Source: Catajapyx aquilonaris (lineage: Eukaryota). From it: a stretch of 60,492 bases of DNA. Each line of letters starts with the position of its first letter. Position 1 is the first letter of the stretch. Below the pieces are notes generated by a model. It saw only the letters and a program-made list of their open reading frames with translations, was not told the DNA's origin and did not search any database. The stretch is from contig KZ538584.1 of the NCBI GenBank assembly GCA_000934665.2, positions 1 to 60,492 on the forward strand. Reading direction: 5' to 3'. This document shows positions 53,271 through 60,492 of the stretch, one piece after another. Both the position numbers and the translations under genes were made by a program.

Positions 53271-54003
53271 CTACAGCAACAGATGCAAGTAACTGTATTC
53301 AGTGCACTTCAGACAACAGTGGCTAACCTCTTGATTTCTCCTTAGTAACCCTTTGATACCGAAGTTTTTGGCAGGTATTTGGGCCGGTTCTTTCTTTTTT
53401 TGTCCAAAATTCGATGTAGAAGTGAAATTAATGAATAACAACTACTGTGTGCCAAAATTAATCATTTTAATTCATGATGGTCGTTTTGAATGTAAAATGC
53501 CGGGAAAAAATTCCTCTACAGGGTTTCAGAAAAATATTTTTTTTAGAATCGTCTGGCTCAGGTCTGGCTCTCAGAAAGTCGATAGGCTAACAAGTTTACT
53601 CAGTCATTATTACATTGTTATCATGGGTACATAATATTACCACAACATTGTACTATGAGAAACTCCCAAGGGGCCAAACTTGACTGGGCATGCTGTACTA
53701 AGGGCGTATATGTTTGCATAAATTATCGCACGTGAGCAACATGACCTTGGCATATAGTGTACAACTCAACTTGGCAGGAACAGGGGGGATTCTGGGGATG
53801 CCATGGTAGGTGACTCACCATCAAAGAGATGGCAGGAGCATATTGAACCGCATTTGGAACTGCAAAGTTCGAATTCTCTATTCACATCCTAGCACTTCAA
53901 ATTCAAAAAAGCGGCGTCAAATGGTTAACAAACTCATAAGACTGGTCAACATAGCCTGAATCTAGAAGGGGATTAAAAACTAAATAACAAAATTTTCTCT
54001 GAC

Positions 54004-54514
54004 CTTGACCACAAGTTCCTCCAAGGCCCCGTCACAAAGTAGTAGGCCACTGTAGGCAGCAAGTACTTGAGCTGATCTGACGTTAATCCTAGTGTGACCC
54101 TCAGAGCATTCTTGGACCAAATGGGCCTCTTCTCAAACGAAGCCTTGATATCCTCATAGGGTTTCCCTGCCAAAAACTTGAGCTCCAGGAACCGCATGGC
54201 AATGGCATGAGGTTGCTCCGGTGCTTTTGTGATGTCAAAGGTCACAAACTGTGCGTGCCCTATCCGCCTCTGCCTGGTGCGGCCTATGATGTGGTGTGGG
54301 GTGGAAGGTTCCGCCTTTCGAGCAGGCTCCTTCCTGTACATGTAAGGCTGTGGGGTGTCCATACGTGAGAAGGCAGCAGGTGGGAGGAAGAGAGGAGCAT
54401 CGCCTGCTAGCCAAGCGTAGGAGGGAAAGCCTTGAGGCACTATCTGGTCATATATGGATTCCTTAGCACCAGTGGGAGTGCCCTGCATTGGGAGGTACTG
54501 GTACTCGCACAGAT
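54004..54514 (-). CDS. GTF3C5: GTF3C5 exon 3
   Basis: TTTTCCAG acceptor; NLCEYQYLPM...LFLPPAAFSRMDTPQPY...FEKRPIWSKNAL...YYFVTGPWRNLWSR; AG|GTCAGA donor (phase 2). Confidence 0.95.
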
Positions 54515-54575
54515 CTGGAAAATAATTTCAAATAAGAGGCTGGATTTCTCAACAAGCGGCATGCATCAAACGAAC

Positions 54576-54807
54576 TGGTAAATCTGTAGACAGTGTTGAC
54601 ATGTCCGACCACATGGCACTCAATCCTGGTGGGCTTCGACTCAACCGCTTGACCAGTCTCCAGCCCATCCGGCCTCCTCTTCTTTCTCCTCACGACTACC
54701 CTCAGCAGCAGAGCAGTCGCGTTGTGCCTCTCACCACAGGCTGGCTGGCAGAAGACATCATCAGGACGGAAACGAAGCTCCAGTCGACGGGACGATTCAG
54801 AGTAAAC
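54576..54807 (-). CDS. GTF3C5: GTF3C5 exon 2
   Basis: TCCAG acceptor; VYSESSRRLELRFRPDDVFCQPACG...ALLLRV...VGHVNTVYRFT; A|GTTCGT donor (phase 1). Confidence 0.92.
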
Positions 54808-54911
54808 CTGGACAAGCATTTCTGTTAAGCTAAGCACATGGAACTAGTTTGTACAGAGTTTCTACGGGTAATTTTTTTCTCTCTATGATATATTATTGTT
54901 TTTTAGATGTG

Positions 54912-54912
<1 letters not shown>

Positions 54913-54973
<61 letters not shown>

Positions 54974-55036
54974 GTTGTTGTTGTTGTTATGATTATTATT
55001 AGGATTATTATGATTATGATTATGATGATGATGATG

Positions 55037-55100
<64 letters not shown>
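54913..55100. repeat. Compound (ATT)n/(GTT)/(ATG) microsatellite in GTF3C5 intron 1
   Basis: About 190 bp of trinucleotide repeat; source of the poly-I and poly-N ORFs in the track. Confidence 0.97.
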
Positions 55101-55101
<1 letters not shown>

Positions 55102-55183
55102 AAGATGGCATGGCAAGTGCCAATCACTGCAATAATATTGGCGTATAACATGTATGATTATTATATTGGAGTAAAACCCCCAC

Positions 55184-55285
55184 AGTGGAGATGCTTTCTC
55201 TCCCTCCGAGGGTCTGCAGCATCCTGGCCTCGTCCCGGACCACGCCTGGGTACTCCACGCAAACCAGCTTCTTCTCCAGAGACAT
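55184..55285 (-). CDS. GTF3C5: General transcription factor IIIC subunit 5 (Tau95/Tfc1 family), exon 1
   Basis: MSLEKKLVCVEYPGVVRDEARMLQTLGGRESIST matches the VCVEYPGVVR..ML.TLGG N-terminal signature of GTF3C5; GT donor at 55183 (phase 0). Confidence 0.92.
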
Positions 55286-55600
55286 GGCCACGGGAGACAG
55301 GACTTCACACCGGTCAGGAAAATGCCGTTTTGGATGAAGAAAATTGAGGAAAATCAAAAGACGCAATCAGTCGGCGGCCATCTTTGACTGCATCCGAAAT
55401 CACAGAGAGCTGAGCCTTTTTTTAAACAAAATAATGCTGTTATTTAGTTAGACACAAACGGCAAAAAAAACCAGTTTCGAGATAATTCAAGTGAAATATT
55501 ATTTTACCCGACGTTACTTGGACGTTACCTTGGCGCCTTGGCGGCACGTGACTGGCAAGATGGCGGATTCCAACGGGTGAAAGGCGCGTTGAAAAGTGTC
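55286..55600. promoter_or_regulatory. Bidirectional promoter between GTF3C5 and the LRR gene
   Basis: Head-to-head gene arrangement, outward-facing YY1-type AAGATGGC(C/G)G motifs (around 55373..55384 on -, 55557..55566 on +), and an E-box CACGTGAC at 55545. Confidence 0.65.
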
Positions 55601-55873
55601 ACTACAAAGGACATGGCACAATAAGCGTCGAGCCTTCAACACTTCCCCTTTGCCCTTCCATCCAGCTGCGAGCCACCGATGGACCACCGCCAGGCCCTGT
55701 GACCAGCAGCAACTACTTTTGGAGGTGGCTTGGTGGACAGCTGCAGGGCATCTCCAAGTCTCAGGCAAAGGAAAAGTCAGGGTCTCACTCATCCAAACTT
55801 TGAAACAATTCCGAGTAGTGAGATGGGTAATGGCAGGGTAGTATTGTTATCCTCCTCCTCTTGTTGTTTGCAG

Positions 55874-55972
55874 GCGGATCAGCTGTAGTGGGTTGGAGAA
55901 AAGGAGGACAAAGACCCAGCGACACACGACCTGTTGGCTGGTGCGGTGGACTGGGAACAAGATACGTGACTG
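55874..55972 (+). other. Probable non-coding 5' UTR exon of the LRR gene
   Basis: Pyrimidine-rich TTGTTTGCAG acceptor and strong TG|GTGAGT donor; the next clear acceptor is TCTTGCAG at 56784, 3 nt before the ATG. Confidence 0.55.
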
Positions 55973-56646
55973 GTGAGTGTGCAGAACAGTTGGCCCATGG
56001 AATACAAAGAATCTGTGTTTTGGCAGGACCTAGTGCTTACTTTGACACTTCACCCTGTTACTAGGAGTAAAATCACTGTACTCCCGATTTTCCGGATGCA
56101 GATTATCCATGCATCACCAAAAAATGTAATGGTGAGGGTGCGCTTCAGCCCCACCAATATATTCCAAGTGTCTATCTTCTTCTATAATATTAAAAGTAAT
56201 ATTAAAGTAAGTCTGGTGTCCCTGGGTGGCATTTGATCCCAGGACCTTAACATCTGTGGGCGCTTATGTTACCGCAGCACCACTTCGTCTCCCCTCACTT
56301 TTACCACTACTTCTGAGAACAACTACTCAGCCACAACTGAACAAGGTTCCATTTAAGGTGCACTGAGGTCATTACACTGCCGAGAATAAGTGTGCAGATG
56401 TTATGCACCTTGGATACCTGCCTTCTGTGAAAATTCCAAGGTCTTGCAAATTGACCCCACATGGAAGTAATCTACTCATTTCCATTTGGATTTCCAGGAT
56501 ACTTGCACTTGTGTTCCATTTATCCTTGGCTCTCTGGTCCAAGCTTTCTATTATGGATCAGAAGATTGTGGTTCCCACTAGTGTAATGGCCTGACGCATT
56601 TGCATGATATCTTTTATGTCCCCCCAAAATTGTGTTTTCTTACCAC

Positions 56647-56680
56647 CAGGGGTACGCGTACCCCTGTTTGAAAGCCACTG
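56647..56680. mobile_element. Possible 3' end of a hAT-type MITE
   Basis: AGGGGTACGCGTACCCCT palindrome followed by GTTTGAAAGCCACTG, like hAT MITE termini; the other end was not found. Confidence 0.4.
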
Positions 56681-56787
56681 GTGTAGCAGAATGGTAATAC
56701 ATAGTGGAAAGATAAGCTGATTGGTGTCTGACATATATAATTATTATAATGTGTGTGTACTGAAACATTTCATGTATCTTGCAGATC

Positions 56788-58278
56788 ATGCCAAGGAGAA
56801 GGCAGCCTCTAAGTCTCCGGTCCTCAAGCTTGCGTGTTTTGGCCAAGTTAGCAGTTGATTCATGCAAAAAGAGTGATGGGAACCAAGAAGAAGAGATTCG
56901 GCAGTATGTTCAGGACATCCCGAATACATTTGCAAATGAATACGTCCATGAGGTTCTTCAGTTGCATTCGAGAAGAATCAGTGATTGTGACATTACTAGT
57001 GCTTTTCATCCCAAGTGCACAGAGATTAGCAGAAAGGGTGCAGATAAATTTTTCACTAATCCTGAGCAGTTCTTATGCAGTCTTCATGTCATGAGTGGTC
57101 TCATCCATATTGAACCTGTACTTGATTTTGAGCACTTCTGTATAGGTCAGTGGCTAGATTTTCCATTCCCTAAAATGGCTAACCTGCAATCAATTAACAT
57201 TTGCTCAGGTATCAACCCATCAAATTTGTCAAACGTTATTGAAAACTGTCCACAGTTGGAGGGGATTGAGATATATTTTTACTCGTGTGATGATGCAATG
57301 CCTCTCTCAAAGTGCAAGCACCTGAAGAGAATTACTGTTGGTTCCATGACCCCTGAGGTAGCCGTCCACCTGCTTGACCATCTTCCCAATCTGGAGGTAT
57401 TGCTGATAGGGAGTGACTGTATCCTGGAAGTTCTGCCACTGTGCACACGTGCTTATAAGTTGAAGGACTTTGTAGCAGACCTGGATGCAAATGATGCTGC
57501 TTCTGTGCAAAATCTTGTAGCTCATTTTCCACATCTTGAGAATCTGACCATGGATGGGGTTGACAATGAACATGTAAATTTGATTAGTGAACTGGACCAC
57601 CTGAAGAGCTTGACATTAATTAGCGGGACATCTTCAAACCTTCTCTTCCTGATGGACAAGTGCATGTTTGGTCTCCACAAATTAGTCTTGCAAAACATTA
57701 CTGGCCTTGATTCCCTCTTCAAACAAAACGTGAATGTGTCATACCCAAATCTCGAGTCTCTGTCCATATCGGAGTGCACTGGTATAAATTTGGCAGGAAT
57801 CGGGGAGATTTTTCCCAATCTAAAGTCCCTTGAGCTATGGCATGGGGAATACATGGCACATTCTCTTCCATTTAAAATGCCACATGCTGGATTTCAAGCA
57901 CTGGAAGAGTTGGTAATTTTCGAAGTTCCAGTGCCACAAGTGAGGTATCTCATTCCCTTCTGTAGCAGATTGAAGAGTCTTCTGGTCCATAATAATTCTG
58001 TCAAATCCTGTCTTTACGAATTTCTTTGTAATGCAAATATGAAAGAGTTGCGTATTCTCCGTGTATGGGACAACGACATGAAAATGAACGTGATTCCAAT
58101 CATTTTGGATTTATGTGGAGAGTATTTGGAAAGTGTTGAATTGAACTGTAGTGAGCCTATCCTTTCACCCAATTATTGCCATGAATTGTCCAGCCAGATT
58201 CAGCAATATGATATGCATTTCTGTATCAGCGGTGAATTTAGATATGAACCAGATAATACTGATTTAAATGATGACTAG
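56788..58278 (+). CDS. Leucine-rich-repeat (RNI-like/FBXL-like) protein, 496 aa, intronless CDS, possible N-terminal BC-box
   Basis: Only long ORF in the window. Repeated LRR units (NLQSINI, CPQLEGIEI, LPNLEVLLI, FPHLENLTM, YPNLESLSI, FPNLKSLEL, ALEELVI, RLKSLLV). ATG follows a splice acceptor at 56784. Possible ATTAAA polyA signal at ~58657. Confidence 0.88.
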   Translation: MPRRRQPLSLRSSSLRVLAKLAVDSCKKSDGNQEEEIRQYVQDIPNTFANEYVHEVLQLHSRRISDCDITSAFHPKCTEISRKGADKFFTNPEQFLCSLHVMSGLIHIEPVLDFEHFCIGQWLDFPFPKMANLQSINICSGINPSNLSNVIENCPQLEGIEIYFYSCDDAMPLSKCKHLKRITVGSMTPEVAVHLLDHLPNLEVLLIGSDCILEVLPLCTRAYKLKDFVADLDANDAASVQNLVAHFPHLENLTMDGVDNEHVNLISELDHLKSLTLISGTSSNLLFLMDKCMFGLHKLVLQNITGLDSLFKQNVNVSYPNLESLSISECTGINLAGIGEIFPNLKSLELWHGEYMAHSLPFKMPHAGFQALEELVIFEVPVPQVRYLIPFCSRLKSLLVHNNSVKSCLYEFLCNANMKELRILRVWDNDMKMNVIPIILDLCGEYLESVELNCSEPILSPNYCHELSSQIQQYDMHFCISGEFRYEPDNTDLNDD

Positions 58279-58889
58279 TAACCTGAGAAAAAAGCAAGTG
58301 CATTAGAATGAGAGTTACTGCCGCAATGCACTGATTTTCGGTGATCGTATGCAAGATTGATTTAAATGAGGGGGTTGCTGTTGCTCTTGGGAAATACTCA
58401 AAATCCTTTAAAACTAGTTCGTCCCTGTCAGTGCAGGGCAAGAAAGAGTATTTCAATGAGTTTTCCTGGAGGGAAGTGACCATGTGATATTCAAAGGTAT
58501 TCTATGTAACCATACCTGCCTGATGTAGCAAATGTCTGAAAAATGAGTAGCTTCAATATTATTGATTTGTAATAGACTCATATCCTACTTTGTGTGAGTT
58601 TTGAAAGAATGATATTGTTGAACTGTTCCATTTTGTACATTATCTACTCTGGGAATATTAAAGTGAACTATTTGGACTAAAATATGTTGAATAACAGTTC
58701 TGCATTGTTGTCTGCAAAACTATTCTGTATAGTGGCACTTCCCGGTGTTGCACCTTTAGTACAGTAAAATTTGCTCTAAAATAGCCCCAACATTGAAAAA
58801 ATTGGTACCGCCATGAACCTTAGGTTATTACTCCCACTGCCAATGCAGTGCCAAAGTATAAGTGTGCGATGGCCATTCGCATGTTTTTT

Positions 58890-59790
58890 GGCATGCACAA
58901 GCGAATGAAACTATAATCAAGGCGATAAAACCAACCGTTGACGATCGATAAAACAAGCAATAAATTTCGGGACACTAACATTGAGGTTAGACTGTCATCT
59001 GGGGATGCTGACCTGATTGTACAGAGAGCCAGTCAGAGACACAGCTGTGCCATTATGAGTCAAGATACAGACATTCTAGTATAACTGATTGCTTTGGCTC
59101 CCTTCGATCAGGAAATATTCTTGCTTAAACCAATGACCGGTCGTACTAAGCAGAAAGTGTTTTCCTCTACAAGCCTCCAGTGCTCCAGAAACAACATGTG
59201 AACATCATCAAGCACATCCTCCTGGCCCACTCTTTTAGTGGTTGTGACACAACGGGTGCCATTTATGGAAAGGGAAGAACAACATGACGCTGCTTGAAAC
59301 GGAACCTGGATTGGGTCACACTTTGATGTTTTTCGGGAAAGTACAGCCACCCACAGTGAAGTTAGAAACTATATTTTTCTCCACCTCTATGGTTCCAAAG
59401 ATGGGAAACACAAAACGCTTGATGAACTGCGCTACTTCATGTTTCCAGAGGTCAGTAACCAAAAATATTGCCAATTTTGAAACACTTCCTCCGACATCAG
59501 CCAGTGCCGCCCAACATTAATATGGTGCATTCTACCAAGTGCAACTTTGGCAAGGAAATATACACTGGATCCACAACAGTGGGGTTGGCTTTGTCAAGAC
59601 AATTATCTGCACCCAATCAGAACAACTCTTGACCCTGCCCCTAGATGAGGCCATCCTGAGGTTGATAATTATCTTGTTCCTGCAAAGGAAACTGCTTTAG
59701 TTCTCAATGATCCTGTGTGTAAACCGGTGTGAAGTGTTCTGCAGATTTTGTGAAGGAGGGGCCTGCTCGAACAGCTGTTCAGAACTCTTC
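58890..59790 (+). pseudogene. Decayed transposon-like ORF: PIN/XPG-like nuclease motifs plus C-terminal CXC cysteine cluster
   Basis: Motifs in order across frameshifts and stops: GDADLIV (59001), SQDTDILV*L, HILLAHSFSGCDTTGAIYGKG, LPPTSASAAQH*YGAFYQVQLWQG, LDPQQWGW, SCKGNC..SCV*TGVKCS..CRFCEGGACSN. Confidence 0.75.
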
Positions 59791-60492
59791 TGTATCATCT
59801 CGCGTACCTCTGGATGCCTGGAATTGGCCTGCCACATACCATGATTGTGACCAACAGACGGAGCAATGCGTTAATAAAATATATTATGACAATGGCATGG
59901 TGGCTCATGGCAAGTGACCTCCAGCTTTATACATAAAAAAAAATTTCATCTGTATTTAACAGTGGGCGAATTCTCCATCGCAGCGAAGGGTTCATAAAAT
60001 AATATTGTCCTATTATTCCTTCTGGTTCACACTTGATGACTCGCTCCCAGCAACATTGCTCTTCCACATGCCCCCATTGTAAGTTGTGTGATTAAAACAT
60101 GGCATGGTATTTGTAACCTGCAGGTGATATTCGTGGTGGGGAAACTTTTCACAGGGCTAAAGGGCCGTTTACACTAGGAAACTTGTCAAATAACTAGTTG
60201 CGCAACTGGTTTTGTCCAACCTGAAAATACATGGGACAGATAGGAAGTTGCACCCTGACCTGAAAAAGCTCCAACTTGTCATCCAACCAACTTTTTGGTT
60301 GTGGGTGGAGCCATAAGTTGTGGGTGGAGCCATAAAGTTTAGCTCTAGGGAGCATACTAGAAAAAAAATATAGTTGTTCAACCTGGGAGGGGGAAGCATA
60401 ATTTCATTATCCACATAGGCTGGCGAGCCGATGCCGAATCCAAGAGCTTCGGCAAAATGCCGCCAGGTGGCTGCAAATAAAAAAGGACAAAA

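Noticed and set aside
54883..55308. Poly-Ile and poly-Asn ORFs
   Set aside because: Translations of the intronic (ATT)n microsatellite.
60161..60370. PIF/Harbinger-like MITE starting GGGCCGTTTACACTAG
   Set aside because: No matching second TIR found in the window.

Overview
Eukaryotic (animal, most likely arthropod) genomic DNA, not prokaryotic. It contains three genes assembled by hand from GT-AG splice sites and reading phase. (1) A 7-exon LIM-homeobox gene of the Lhx3/4 (Lim3) family on + (CDS 35633..48443, 1248 nt, 415 aa), preceded by ~35 kb with no recognisable protein-coding gene. (2) A convergent 6-exon TFIIIC subunit gene GTF3C5 on - (52426..55285, 1470 nt, 489 aa). (3) A divergently transcribed leucine-rich-repeat gene with an intronless CDS and a possible N-terminal BC-box on + (56788..58278, 496 aa). 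The non-coding DNA is dense with short non-autonomous DNA elements (MITE/foldback hairpins, CACTA-, Tc1/mariner-, pogo-, Helitron- and DINE-like), two dispersed repeat families carrying a CTCF-like AGATGGCGC motif, and a decayed PIN/XPG-like + CXC element at the right end. There is one 210-N gap. Almost all other ORF-track entries are spurious. I found no convincing new multi-gene system. The best leads are the Lim3-GTF3C5 linkage, the mirror-image YY1/uORF bidirectional promoter, the BC-box LRR protein, the CTCF-motif repeats and the PIN/CXC element. All homology calls rest on motif recognition, not database searches.
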